From NCBI GenBank assembly GCA_024650005.2, contig CP122380.1, positions 2,048,001 to 2,112,000 on the forward strand: a DNA stretch of 64,000 nt. The letters run 5' to 3'. Below, piece by piece: positions 1 through 10,278 of the stretch. The notes under the pieces were generated by a model. The model was not told the DNA's origin and did not search any database. It saw nothing but the letters and a program-made list of their open reading frames with translations. The number at the start of each line of letters is the position of its first letter. Positions within the stretch are counted from its first letter, which is position 1. The position numbers and the translations under genes are program-made. The stretch is from Candidatus Bathyarchaeum tardum (GTDB taxonomy: Archaea; Thermoproteota; Bathyarchaeia; Bathyarchaeales; Bathyarchaeaceae).

Positions 1-38
1 AAAAACGTTGTTTATGCTAATTTTTTGGTGATTTTTTA

Positions 39-554
39 TTGTTTTTAGTTAATCACAAAAAAATGGAGCGACAAATCATTTATGTGAAAGCCATCGGTAT
101 TCGTAAGATAATAGCGGTGAAGTCAGTGGTTAAATTTGGTATTAGTGCCCTAGTTTTGGACTCATTTATTGATCCGTCTGGGATAACTGATGTTCTTTTT
201 TCACTAATTTCGTTTGCAGTAATCTTTGCAATTTTATCTGTTGTTTTGTATGTAGCAGGAAACATTGTAGTTGGCCGCAAAAGGACCTGCATGAAAGATG
301 CTTTTTGCATTTCTGTTCTTGGAACCCTTGTTTTAATTGTTTGTAATTCTGTTTTCAGTTTTGAAATAGCATCTGTTTTGTCATTAATTGCGTGGTTGCT
401 TTTGGTCAGATATTACTATGAAACAGATGTGCTAGGATCGATAGCCGTGGGTGTAGCGTCAGTCGTTATTTCAATTGTTATTTTGTATATTTTGAGTTTT
501 GGTTTAGGGTATTCTTTGTTTTTTAGTTGGTTACCTGTTTTTATTGGCGTTTAA
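39..554 (+). CDS. Hypothetical multi-pass membrane protein (true start probably downstream)
   Basis: ORF with about four hydrophobic helices in the C-terminal two thirds. Confidence 0.65.
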   Translation: MFLVNHKKMERQIIYVKAIGIRKIIAVKSVVKFGISALVLDSFIDPSGITDVLFSLISFAVIFAILSVVLYVAGNIVVGRKRTCMKDAFCISVLGTLVLIVCNSVFSFEIASVLSLIAWLLLVRYYYETDVLGSIAVGVASVVISIVILYILSFGLGYSLFFSWLPVFIGV

Positions 555-584
555 TATTGGTTCAATAAAATGGAGACAAACTAG

Positions 585-1118
585 GTGACCCCGAAGAAGA
601 AAACTGTTGCCTTAGGTTTGGTTTTTGTTTTATTACTGTTTTTTGCATATACTGAAAATAACTCTTTCTTTGCAAGTGTTGGGGACGTTTTTGCAAATCC
701 ATTAGTGGCTATTTTCTTTGTTTTTGTGCACAACGTGTTAGTGGTATCGCTTATCCTTCTTGGAATGACATTTTATGTTGACCTAGTAATGAATTTCATG
801 GCAAACCGGGAAGAAGAGCATGTAATCATTAATAATCCACGGATTTTCGCATTTATTTTTACGCTGATAATAATTTTTATTAGTATTCTGCGAGCAAGCA
901 CACTGGTCTATGGACAAGTTTTCTTGAACACACTAATTTTCGCCATCATATTGAGCACTCCAAACGCAATTCTTGAAGGATACGGACTTTTTCAAACCAT
1001 AAAAAGAACATTAAACCGCAAAGTGACAACTAAAGCCCTTGCAGCCATTTATTTACTGTTTTTTGTGGCCGCAGTTATAGAAGTGGGTTATGTATATCTT
1101 TTAAGGGCAGTAATTTAA
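585..1118 (+). CDS. Membrane protein, SpoIIM-like
   Basis: Hydrophobic; 'IFFVFVHN', 'PNAILE' and 'AAVIE' resemble SpoIIM/DUF95 motifs. Confidence 0.6.
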   Translation: MTPKKKTVALGLVFVLLLFFAYTENNSFFASVGDVFANPLVAIFFVFVHNVLVVSLILLGMTFYVDLVMNFMANREEEHVIINNPRIFAFIFTLIIIFISILRASTLVYGQVFLNTLIFAIILSTPNAILEGYGLFQTIKRTLNRKVTTKALAAIYLLFFVAAVIEVGYVYLLRAVI

Positions 1119-1141
1119 ACTAATGACTTATGTAAATGATG

Positions 1142-1393
1142 TTATTGCGGTTCGGGTTTTATCTGTTCAGTAATAATCATGGTTGTTGTAAGGAAAACAT
1201 CTGGCAACACACGAAGTTTTTCTGTCAAAAATTGGTCCATATGAGCGATGTCTTCTGCTTGTATTTTGATGACGATATCATTTTCTCCGATTACTAGGTT
1301 CGCTTCAACAACCTCTTTGAATTTTGAAATCTGTTTCAAGAAATCACGCTCTGAACCAGAATTCACGGTGATAAGAACATAAGCAAACAACAA
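1142..1393 (-). CDS. Stand-alone Lrp/AsnC ligand-binding (RAM) domain protein
   Basis: 83 aa; AYVLI...GENDIVIKI...V..TTTMI pattern; GAGGT RBS upstream. Confidence 0.85.
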   Translation of the reverse strand: MLFAYVLITVNSGSERDFLKQISKFKEVVEANLVIGENDIVIKIQAEDIAHMDQFLTEKLRVLPDVFLTTTMIITEQIKPEPQ

Positions 1394-1703
1394 TTTTACC
1401 TCTAGATGATGGTTATCTTACAAGAAATTAACTGTTTGGATTAAAATCAATGTAAAACTTGTTTTCCAAAAACATGTTAACTGAAAGTTGGGTAACGTAT
1501 CGTTTATTTTTTTAATTTCAGAAAAAGCTGATTTTCAACATTACATTGGTATTAGCAGACAGATAATAGTTCATTGTTGAAACAACCTTTTTTCTGAACA
1601 TCCAAGAGATAAAAAAAGTCTTCATTACAATAAACAAACACCAACAAACAGCACATGAAAATATATCAGGGTCTCCTGCCTTCAATATTTAGAAGTGATA
1701 TTA

Positions 1704-2612
1704 ATGTATGATGTGATAATTCTTGGTTCAGGACCTGCAGGACTAACATCTGCAATTTACACCAGCAGAGCAGGATTAAAGACACTAGTTGTCGCAGGAG
1801 CCATGTGGGGGGGACAGTTAATGCTTACTAGAGAAGTTGAAAACTTTCCCGGATTTGAAAACGGAATCCTTGGACCAGAACTTATGAGCACAATAAAAAA
1901 ACAAGCTGAACGATGCGGCGCAGAAATAATTTATGAACAGGCTACTGCTGTAGACCTAAAATCTAAGCCCTTTAAAATAACAGCAGGAAAAGTCTACGAA
2001 GCAAAAACAGTCATCATAGCCACAGGCGCCTTAGCCAAATGGTTAGGTCTAGAAAGCGAAACTCGACTTAGGGGGAAAGGGGTTTCAGTTTGCGCAACAT
2101 GTGATGCACCATTTTTCAGAAACAAAAACGTTGTAGTGGTAGGAGGGGGCGACACTGCAATGGAAGAAGCCCTGTTTTTGGCCAACGTCGTAAATGACGT
2201 CAAAGTTATTCATCGCAGAGATAAATTACGAGCAAGCAAATGGCTTCAAAACAGCGCCTTCAAAAACCCAAAAATTTCCTTTGTGTGGAACAGTACAGTA
2301 ACCAAAGTTTTAGGTGAAAATATAGTAGAAGGAGTTAAACTTAAAAACGTTGAATCTGGAGAAGAATCTACCTTTCCCTGCGATGCAGTCTTTTTGGCGA
2401 TTGGTTACAAACCAAACACAGAAATCTTCAAAAATCAAATAGAAATGGATGAAACAGGTTACATAATAGTTCACGACGAAACACGAACAAATATTGAAGG
2501 AGTCTTTGTTGCAGGTGACGTAGCAGATTACCGTTACCGTCAAGCTATTGCAGCTGCAGGGTCAGGATGTAAAGCTGCCCTTGATGCAGAAAAATATTTA
2601 CTAGGAAATTAA
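1704..2612 (+). CDS. trxB: Thioredoxin-disulfide reductase
   Basis: GSGPAG FAD motif, CATCD active site, GGGDTA NADPH motif. Confidence 0.97.
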   Translation: MYDVIILGSGPAGLTSAIYTSRAGLKTLVVAGAMWGGQLMLTREVENFPGFENGILGPELMSTIKKQAERCGAEIIYEQATAVDLKSKPFKITAGKVYEAKTVIIATGALAKWLGLESETRLRGKGVSVCATCDAPFFRNKNVVVVGGGDTAMEEALFLANVVNDVKVIHRRDKLRASKWLQNSAFKNPKISFVWNSTVTKVLGENIVEGVKLKNVESGEESTFPCDAVFLAIGYKPNTEIFKNQIEMDETGYIIVHDETRTNIEGVFVAGDVADYRYRQAIAAAGSGCKAALDAEKYLLGN

Positions 2613-2727
2613 AAATTGCAAACATAATGAAAGGGTATTCAAATAATCTAACAAAACTTTTAGCAGTGACACTACATAGTTGAATTGAACAGTTCTAATC
2701 TGACCTTTAACAAATTGGAAGAGTAGT

Positions 2728-3957
2728 TTGATGAGTGTACAATCTTATTCGAAAAAGTTAGGAATCGTAGGCAAACCAAATACAGGTAAATCTACTTTTT
2801 TTTCAGCTGCAACTCTGATTCCAGTTGATATTGGTAACTACCCTTTCACTACAATCAAACCTAACCGTGGAATAGGATACTTGAGGACTCCTTGTGTCCA
2901 TCCAGAGTTTGAAATCGAAGACAACCCAAACAATTCTTTGTGTCTGGATGGAATCCGACTGGTTCCGATTGAAATGATAGACGTAGCAGGAATTGTCCCC
3001 GGAGCATGGGAAGGACGAGGACTGGGAAACCAATTCCTAGATGAACTCAGACGAGCAGATGCACTTCTTCACGTAGTTGACGCTTCCGGTTCAACAGATT
3101 GCGAGGGCAGAATCTGCAAAAAAGGAGAACATGACCCCTTAGAGGATGTAAAATTTCTTGAAACTGAAATAACCATGTGGATGAACCAAATACTCAAAAA
3201 AGATTGGGCAAAAATTGCTAGAACTGCAGGAGCAGGAAAAGAAGACTTGGTTTCTCTTCTTGAGTCACGTTTAACTGGATTAGGCATCAAACGTTTCCAT
3301 ATAGTTGAAAGCTTAAGAAAATCAGACCTTAGAGCAGATAAACCTGTTTTGTGGAACAATGATGATCTGATTAAATTTTTAGATATACTAAGAAGTAGTT
3401 CCAAGCCAACAATAATTGTGGCGAACAAGATTGACTGTCCCCATGCCGAAGAAAATGTTGAAAGACTAAAACAAAGTGGACACAAAGTTGTAGCTTGTTG
3501 TGCAGAAGCAGAACTTGCCCTCCGAAGAGCAGCAGAAAATGGGTTAATCAATTACACTCCAGGCGATTGTAAATTAACCATAACAAAATCAGACAAGCTT
3601 AATCAGGCACAAGAAAATGCCCTAAATAAAATTCAAGAAAATATTCTATACAAATTTGGTTCCACAGGAGTGCAAGAAGCAATTAACACTGCATTTATTG
3701 AATTGCTACAGATGGTTGCTGTTTACCCAGTAGAAGACGTGGAACACCTAAGCGACCATAAAGGCAGAGTTCTACCCGATGTTTACCTTGTGCCCTTTGG
3801 CACTACAGCACGACAACTGGCATACATAATCCACACAGAACTTGGAGACAGTTTCATTCACGCAATCGACATTCGAGGCAAAACCCGAATAGGAGAAGAC
3901 TACGTCTTGAAAGATCGAGACGTAATTTCTATAGTGAGTGCCAAAAAACGAGGCTAA
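2728..3957 (+). CDS. ychF: Redox-regulated ATPase YchF (OBG family, archaeal type, C-terminal TGS domain)
   Basis: GKPNTGKST, YPFTTI, DVAG, GLGNQFL, NKID. Confidence 0.92.
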   Translation: MMSVQSYSKKLGIVGKPNTGKSTFFSAATLIPVDIGNYPFTTIKPNRGIGYLRTPCVHPEFEIEDNPNNSLCLDGIRLVPIEMIDVAGIVPGAWEGRGLGNQFLDELRRADALLHVVDASGSTDCEGRICKKGEHDPLEDVKFLETEITMWMNQILKKDWAKIARTAGAGKEDLVSLLESRLTGLGIKRFHIVESLRKSDLRADKPVLWNNDDLIKFLDILRSSSKPTIIVANKIDCPHAEENVERLKQSGHKVVACCAEAELALRRAAENGLINYTPGDCKLTITKSDKLNQAQENALNKIQENILYKFGSTGVQEAINTAFIELLQMVAVYPVEDVEHLSDHKGRVLPDVYLVPFGTTARQLAYIIHTELGDSFIHAIDIRGKTRIGEDYVLKDRDVISIVSAKKRG

Positions 3958-3964
3958 AAAATTT

Positions 3965-4747
3965 TTATTTCCCAAAACGGCGTTTTCGTCGCTGGTATGT
4001 TCGAACTGCACGTAAAAGGTCGATATGCCTAAAATCGGGCCAGTTTACATCTACAAAGCAGAGTTCACTGTAAGCAGACTGCCAAGAAAGAAAACCACTA
4101 AGTCGTTCTTCTCCTGATGTTCGAATAATTAAATCTGCATCTTGTCTAGGCATATGAGCAGTATACAAGTAATTTTCAAAAAGGTTCTCGGTAATATCTT
4201 CGGATTTTAGGTCACCATTTTGTACTTTTTCAACAATTTTCTTGGTAGCATCAACAATTTCGGCACGACCACCATAAGCCAATGCTATGTTCAAAAGCCG
4301 GTCAGGATACATTTTTGTTGATTCTTCAACATGATGAATTACTTCTTGTATAGAGTTGGGTAAAAGATCAATACGACCTATTGCTTTAACGCGGATTTTA
4401 TTTTCATGAATCATATCATTTTCGGGAATTAAACGCAGGTTCTCTTCAATTAGTTTCATGATTTCGTTTACTTCTTCTTGAGGCCGACGAAAGTTCTCAG
4501 TTGAAAAAGCATACAATGTAATGAATTTAACATCTAACTCGATACACCAATCCATCAATTCATTGATTTTATTGGCACCATGACGATGACCAATCCAAGG
4601 AATAAGAGATTTCTGAGAAGCCCACCTCCGGTTCCCATCAAGTATTATAGCAACATGTTCAGGTTTTTTTCCCTTTTTGACTTGAAGACTTAACCATTTC
4701 TCGTAGACTTTGTAAACACCCAAAAGAGAAAGCAAACGTTCAATCAT
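3965..4747 (-). CDS. uppS: cis-Prenyltransferase (polyprenyl diphosphate synthase)
   Basis: ILDGNRRW, FSTENFRRP, RTSGEERLSGFL, RRFG; start trimmed to ATG at 4747. Confidence 0.95.
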   Translation of the reverse strand: MIERLLSLLGVYKVYEKWLSLQVKKGKKPEHVAIILDGNRRWASQKSLIPWIGHRHGANKINELMDWCIELDVKFITLYAFSTENFRRPQEEVNEIMKLIEENLRLIPENDMIHENKIRVKAIGRIDLLPNSIQEVIHHVEESTKMYPDRLLNIALAYGGRAEIVDATKKIVEKVQNGDLKSEDITENLFENYLYTAHMPRQDADLIIRTSGEERLSGFLSWQSAYSELCFVDVNWPDFRHIDLLRAVRTYQRRKRRFGK

Positions 4748-4891
4748 AATTTTTTGCCACACAAAGTAGATGAAGTTATCATTAATTTCGGTTTGCCTAG
4801 AGTTTTCATGTTTTGGAACATGCAAACGAAGTACATACACTAAGCTGTTACATAATAAGCTTTCAATCAAAAGCGGAAAAAAATAATGGGA

Positions 4892-6058
4892 CTATTCTTC
4901 TTCAAAATCCTCTAAGGTTTGATCAGTTTTTTTGAAATAATCACTGTATTTTCTACGCAAGAGAAGGGCAGTTAAGAAGGCAGAAACTATTACAGGTATG
5001 CCACCAACAATAGAATAAACTAACGACATATAATCGAAAGTAGGGTTAATAAGAATGTTTGATGCTTCAACAAACATAACCGAGGACCAAGCAACACCAA
5101 TTACGATAACAACAGTGCGCCATAGTCGCAAGTCATGTTCAAGAAACCATCGAACAGCCCTGCCTGAAAGAATGACACAAATACCAACAGCTATGAGATA
5201 AGTTGACTCTCCAATGAATTCTCCAACAAGTCTAGGAACAATAGCAAAGGGATTAGGCTCTACAGACGCCACTGTTGCCACTGCAGTTCCTCCTAAATAA
5301 CCACCCACAATAATTACCAATACACCTGCGAGAGCGGAAAAGCCAGCAATTTGCACAGTAAATGGTGGCGGTGAATACTCTTTTGTCCATTTAACAAAAC
5401 TATATACAGTTTTGTCGACCCCAAACCCCCTCCAAACAAGAAAGGCCCCAACAATCAACACGAGTGCTTGAACAGCGTAAGCAAAATAATCAAAGATTGC
5501 TAAAACACCTAAAACCAAGAGAAGGATACCAGGTAAGCCTAAAACAATTCGAGAATACCTAGGGTTTTCCACAAGGAGCTTCATGTACCTTGAAAAAATT
5601 GCAGCAGATTCTTCGATTGACTTGCTATGCTGTATTATAACACGTCGAACAGATGTAACAGGAACTCTTGATTCAATGAGGGGCAACACCATCTCATCAG
5701 TGTAGCCATCAGTAACTAAGATAACGTCGGTCGCATGGAAAGCTTCCAAAACTTCAGTTAGCTCTAACACAAGTTGCCGGTCTGCTTCAACACCTTCCAA
5801 ATCAGAACCCGCTATTGTTGCAACTTGATATTCTTCTTGGCCCTTGGCACTTTTCTTTAGATTGTCATAAATTCTAACAGCTTCAAACATAGCGTTGGCG
5901 TCTGCTTCTTCAGGATCACGAAGAGCTAAACTTGCAGCTGCATTCACGTTCTCTTTTCTTCCAAGAATAGGCGTGTTTATTCCAGCTTTCATGCCTATGT
6001 CATCGTCTCGGTCAACACATAAAATTAGAACGCGTTCAGATTTTGCTGCTGTGGGCAT
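4892..6058 (-). CDS. DUF373 family membrane protein
   Basis: LCVDRDDDIG, DPEEADAN, VTDG, followed by C-terminal TM helices. Confidence 0.9.
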   Translation of the reverse strand: MPTAAKSERVLILCVDRDDDIGMKAGINTPILGRKENVNAAASLALRDPEEADANAMFEAVRIYDNLKKSAKGQEEYQVATIAGSDLEGVEADRQLVLELTEVLEAFHATDVILVTDGYTDEMVLPLIESRVPVTSVRRVIIQHSKSIEESAAIFSRYMKLLVENPRYSRIVLGLPGILLLVLGVLAIFDYFAYAVQALVLIVGAFLVWRGFGVDKTVYSFVKWTKEYSPPPFTVQIAGFSALAGVLVIIVGGYLGGTAVATVASVEPNPFAIVPRLVGEFIGESTYLIAVGICVILSGRAVRWFLEHDLRLWRTVVIVIGVAWSSVMFVEASNILINPTFDYMSLVYSIVGGIPVIVSAFLTALLLRRKYSDYFKKTDQTLEDFEEE

Positions 6059-6165
6059 ATTTGCTCTCCTTATAGTAATAGGTTACTGGGAGGCACACTT
6101 TAATTTTGTCTTTATTCCTTTGTATTCACACCTACAAGAACAGATGTTTCAGAATCAAAAACAAA

Positions 6166-7038
6166 TTAAAGCAACCCTTTTTCAGCTAAAATTTGGAATT
6201 CTTCCCACAAAAGTTTCTCGCCATTCTTCAATTTCGCCACAGCACGCTCTTCAAGTTCTTGTTTTAGTTCATCTTGACGCACTGCTTTCTTTTGATCCGC
6301 TGTTTCTTTCAAATCTTGCTGAATTTCTTTTATTTGTTTAATCAACTCAACACATTTTTCATGTTTTTCTTGAGCGAGTTTTCGGGATTCAACATAATTT
6401 TTGTGGGCTTCATCAGCCTCAGCTTGAAGTTCCTTAGACTTTTCCAGAATACTAATCATCTGTGTATGGAATTTTTGGCTTTGTTCAGCCAAGTCAGAAA
6501 GTTTGTCATGAAAAGTTTTTGCTTCAGATCCAAAACTTCTTTGCTCTGAACGCAACTCATACAATTGGTCTTTGACTTTCTTTATGCGTTTTTGAGCTAC
6601 CAACTGGGTTTCAAGTTCGCGTACTTGATTAATTAATTGTTGTTCTTCTTTAAGCGGCAAAGAATTTGTTTGAATTTCCCAATCGATTTCTTCAATTCTT
6701 TTAGCAACCTGCCTCAGGTTTCCTTTTGGGCTGTCTTCCTTTAGGTCATTAATTTTTTCTTGCAATTCAGAAATCTTACCGCGTTTTTCTTTGCCTTTAG
6801 CAGCTACATTATTTCGCAGATTTTTTAGGTCCTGAACTTGTTTGTTTATTGCATCTCGATTTTCTTTGAATACAGCAACATCCTTTCGGATGTTTTTAAT
6901 TCGTTCATTGAGTTTGTTTCTTTTTTCTGCCCACTTCTTTGCTTCTAGATTTAATTGGTTTCTTTCTTCCTTGAGGGGAATTAACTCTTGGTTTAGGTCA
7001 TCGATTTTGTTTTTTGTAGCGTTGGATATTTTCTTCAC
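6166..7038 (-). CDS. Archaeal coiled-coil protein (COG1340-like)
   Basis: Long K/E/Q heptads; ends 'KLKNGEKLLWEEFQIL'. Confidence 0.85.
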   Translation of the reverse strand: MKKISNATKNKIDDLNQELIPLKEERNQLNLEAKKWAEKRNKLNERIKNIRKDVAVFKENRDAINKQVQDLKNLRNNVAAKGKEKRGKISELQEKINDLKEDSPKGNLRQVAKRIEEIDWEIQTNSLPLKEEQQLINQVRELETQLVAQKRIKKVKDQLYELRSEQRSFGSEAKTFHDKLSDLAEQSQKFHTQMISILEKSKELQAEADEAHKNYVESRKLAQEKHEKCVELIKQIKEIQQDLKETADQKKAVRQDELKQELEERAVAKLKNGEKLLWEEFQILAEKGLL

Positions 7039-7133
7039 TTCCTAGGTTCGACCTTGTTTTGTGATGCTTGTGGAGTTTATTTCACGTTTTTGATAAATCT
7101 GCAAGTGGTGATGTAAGTTCTAAAATAAGAGGT

Positions 7134-7841
7134 TTATTCTAAAATGATCCTTGCGTCAACAGTCTTGGCGCCTTTTTCATAAACCATGACAGGATTTAGG
7201 TCAAGTTCTCTTATTTCAGGGTAATCCATTACTAGCTTTGAAACATTTAACAAAATTTTTACTAAAGTATCAATGTCTGCAGGTGGTTGACCACGGCACC
7301 CTTGGAGAATTGGGTATGCTTTTATTTCAGTTACCATTTCTTGAGCGTCTGCTTCAACTAGTGGAGCAATCCTAAAGGAAACATCTTTCATGACTTCCAC
7401 GAAGGTTCCGCCAAAACCGAACATCAAAGTGGGTCCAAATTGTGCATCCTTAATGCACCCCACAATAACCTCAGTGGAGCTAGGCGCCATTTCTTGAATA
7501 AGTATACCATGAATTTTTGCGTCTGGTTTATGTTTCTTAACATTTTCTATTATTGTGTTATAGGCATTTTTTGCTTCTTCTTTACTGTTAATGTCAAGGA
7601 TTACACCGCCAACATCAAATTTGTGGATGACATCAGGAGAAATAATTTTTAGAACCACAGGATATCCAATCTGTGCAGAAAAATCTGCGGCTTCCTCCGC
7701 GTTTTGTGATACCTTTACTTTTGTAACTGGAATTCCGTATTCTTGACAAATAGCTTTTGCTTCGTATTCAAGAAGAAATTTTCGCCCTTCACTTTTGGCT
7801 TGCTCAAAGATCTTTGTAACTTTTTCCGACAATGTCAACAA
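7134..7841 (-). CDS. ADP-forming acyl-CoA synthetase, beta (ATP-grasp) subunit
   Basis: GYPVVLKI.SPD..HK.DVGGV, FGPTLMFG, ELDLNP, VDARI. Confidence 0.92.
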   Translation of the reverse strand: MLTLSEKVTKIFEQAKSEGRKFLLEYEAKAICQEYGIPVTKVKVSQNAEEAADFSAQIGYPVVLKIISPDVIHKFDVGGVILDINSKEEAKNAYNTIIENVKKHKPDAKIHGILIQEMAPSSTEVIVGCIKDAQFGPTLMFGFGGTFVEVMKDVSFRIAPLVEADAQEMVTEIKAYPILQGCRGQPPADIDTLVKILLNVSKLVMDYPEIRELDLNPVMVYEKGAKTVDARIILE

Positions 7842-8020
7842 CCTTTTTGCCTATTTGGCTGCAGAAAGCTAGGTAAGCTTTTCCCCTTTCTAAAGTTTTC
7901 CCATATATTATGTTTACTATTATTGTTTGTAAAAATTTTTACTAAAAACCTTGATTCAATAATATGCTCTAGTCTCCGAAAATGTTGGATAACGTAATAA
8001 GTAAACAAAAAATTTGTTAA

Positions 8021-8221
8021 TTACCGTCCTCTTACTAAGAACAATAATAACCCTACCACTGCAACTACGAGACCAATTCCAACAAATAATCCAGCAAAAT
8101 TATTGATGGCACCAGTAGGGGGATCATATGAGATGTAAGCAATAGCTGCCCCGATAATTATGAGTACCAAACCAACTATTTTTGAGATTAATGTTAAACC
8201 AATGGGCACGTCTTCACTCAT
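8021..8221 (-). CDS. Small two-TM membrane protein
   Basis: MSEDVP... with two hydrophobic helices; start trimmed to ATG at 8221. Confidence 0.65.
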   Translation of the reverse strand: MSEDVPIGLTLISKIVGLVLIIIGAAIAYISYDPPTGAINNFAGLFVGIGLVVAVVGLLLFLVRGR

Positions 8222-8312
8222 TATAGACCCTTCAAGAGTAATGTTTACAGGTTCAAGGCGTATTTTAATATAATGGTAAGTCACGTTAAAAAATTGTATT
8301 TTAAAAACGATT

Positions 8313-8720
8313 TCAAACAACATTGTATTCTAAATTGTTTCCGTTTCTGTCAAGGACCACTATATGCTGTTCAGTTTGGTATGGAAAACCAGTTATCAAC
8401 ATTAGTTTACCATAAAAATGATTTAAATCAGTAGGTGAAGGACAAAGTACACCAGAAGGGTGAGAATGAGCAACACCAATGACTGAAAAATCAATTGGGA
8501 GTCTGCTCAATGGGAAACCCGAGAAGGTGTTTCCATGAGTGGCTAACGGCGGAATTTGGACATCATTGATTATTATTTTTTTTCGGTCAGTTTTTCCTTT
8601 TAGTAGAAGAATTGATTCTTTGGGATGACACATTTGAGCGTAACTCAATATGCTGTCAACAACGGTTTTTTCAATTAAAATTTCTTTGGTCAAAATTATC
8701 CCTTGCTTATATTCTGACAA
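8313..8720 (-). CDS. JAB/MPN+ (JAMM) metalloprotease
   Basis: E...HSHPSG...PSPTD JAMM motif. Confidence 0.9.
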   Translation of the reverse strand: MSEYKQGIILTKEILIEKTVVDSILSYAQMCHPKESILLLKGKTDRKKIIINDVQIPPLATHGNTFSGFPLSRLPIDFSVIGVAHSHPSGVLCPSPTDLNHFYGKLMLITGFPYQTEQHIVVLDRNGNNLEYNVV

Positions 8721-8723
8721 GTA

Positions 8724-9071
8724 TTACACTTTGTTTATTGCTGTTTTGTATGCCTCTATGTAGTTTTGTGCGAATTTGTCAGCATATTTTTCTATGCCCC
8801 CGTGGGCGTTTGTTACTCGCTGGAGATGATGATAAAACTCGTGAAGAATTATGTGGGGGCTACACAGAACTTCTCTTCGTGCAACATGGATTGTTCTGTT
8901 TTTAGCAACATAACAAGCAGGATTTTTGGAGTAACGTTTCGGCATTCCAACTTTGAGTTTTGGCATTGCAACTTCATAATGGTCACTAAGTAATTTCAAG
9001 GCTTCATCTGCATCATTAGAAAGAATCAAATAAACGATTCTTGCTTGAAACAAACAATCGGCATCACACAT
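8724..9071 (-). CDS. Small zincin-like (HEXXH) protein
   Basis: ILHEFYHH motif followed by E..AD.FA. Confidence 0.7.
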   Translation of the reverse strand: MCDADCLFQARIVYLILSNDADEALKLLSDHYEVAMPKLKVGMPKRYSKNPACYVAKNRTIHVARREVLCSPHIILHEFYHHLQRVTNAHGGIEKYADKFAQNYIEAYKTAINKV

Positions 9072-9194
9072 AATCTACATAGCACTCCCGTGACGTGTTG
9101 CAATAATTTTAGCGTATCGTACAAAAGTGTTTACATTAAATAAAGTATAACATAAAAAACAAAAAAATCTAAAGTTGTCACAATTTCAGTAAAA

Positions 9195-9277
9195 GAGAAA
9201 GTAGTACCCCAACCTAAAATAAAACTGAGCCATCAGGGGGAGATAAAGCTAGTTTTCGATTGGGGTACCACTCTCCC
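9195..9277 (-). ncRNA. Putative hairpin small RNA
   Basis: 20-bp stem that is fully paired on the minus strand with four G-U wobbles; inner stem; C-rich loop; TATA-like box upstream and T-run downstream. Confidence 0.55.
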
Positions 9278-9520
9278 ACAATGAACATAAGTCAGTAATA
9301 AAGATTACTAAATTCCAATCAAAGATCACGTCATTAAACATAATAAATAAGTAATAATAAAACAAATATGTTAGAGTTTAGCACGTTTATAAAAAAAATA
9401 ATATTTTATAACATATCATTCGATCAATTTTAGAATGAGAGTAAAACACGTTAAAAACACGGATAAACAGCCCGTTAAACCGTTTACAAAAAACAACATT
9501 ACAAAAATATGTTAAAAATT

Positions 9521-10021
9521 TTAATTGGTTTTCTGTTTTTTATTTTCAGCTAAATACTCAAAAGAAAACGGTTTAGCAATACCAGATTTAATATCCACAA
9601 GAACAAAATACGCTTCAGATACGAAACCACTGCCTTCAAACCTGTTTTTAGAAAAAAACTTTTTGTATTCCGCATAATTTCTGTGCAAAGACAGGGTCAC
9701 AGCATCCATTCCCAACCCCTCGCAGCGTGCAGAAAAAATGATTTGGGGATTACGGTTAAGCCAATATTTTGTGCTTTTTTCAACATTTGCTAAATTATTC
9801 ATATTAAATTTGACAAACGAAAACGCCAAAATTTCATAGCCTATTTTAGTTAAATCTGGAATTGCAGAAAAATGGCTTATCACACCATCGCTAATCAGTT
9901 TTGCCCTCATTCGGGACACTGTTGGATGAGAAACACCAAGTATCTTGGCTAATTCTCTGTCGCTTCTGCTGGAATCCTTCAAGTATTCCAAAAGCAGACA
10001 ATAGAGCTTACTATTCATCAT
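9521..10021 (-). CDS. Lrp/AsnC-family transcriptional regulator
   Basis: SRSDRELAKILGVSHPTVSR HTH; 'IPDLTKIGYEI' linker. Confidence 0.9.
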   Translation of the reverse strand: MMNSKLYCLLLEYLKDSSRSDRELAKILGVSHPTVSRMRAKLISDGVISHFSAIPDLTKIGYEILAFSFVKFNMNNLANVEKSTKYWLNRNPQIIFSARCEGLGMDAVTLSLHRNYAEYKKFFSKNRFEGSGFVSEAYFVLVDIKSGIAKPFSFEYLAENKKQKTN

Positions 10022-10278
10022 TTACCCCTTTTCCCAACCCGTAAGCGTTCAGCCGTAAAGTGCATAGCGTGAAGTAAGATAACATATATTAATATTGTTT
10101 TTTCTAACATACTACAACAGAGCATAGCAAACAAAAAAGATAAAATAAAAATGAATGAATTTAATATAACAAAAATTACGGATAAAAGAAAAAAGTTATA
10201 ATAAAAAGCAACAGAAAATATTCTTGGAAATGAAAACCCAATTATTCGCGCAACAAATACTAAAAATTTAAAAGGGTT

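Noticed and set aside
3069-3551. Long antisense ORFs (this one, 5895-6341, 12413-12817, 22111-22506, 50666-51067 and similar)
   Set aside because: They shadow well-supported genes on the opposite strand or in another frame and have no protein-like motifs
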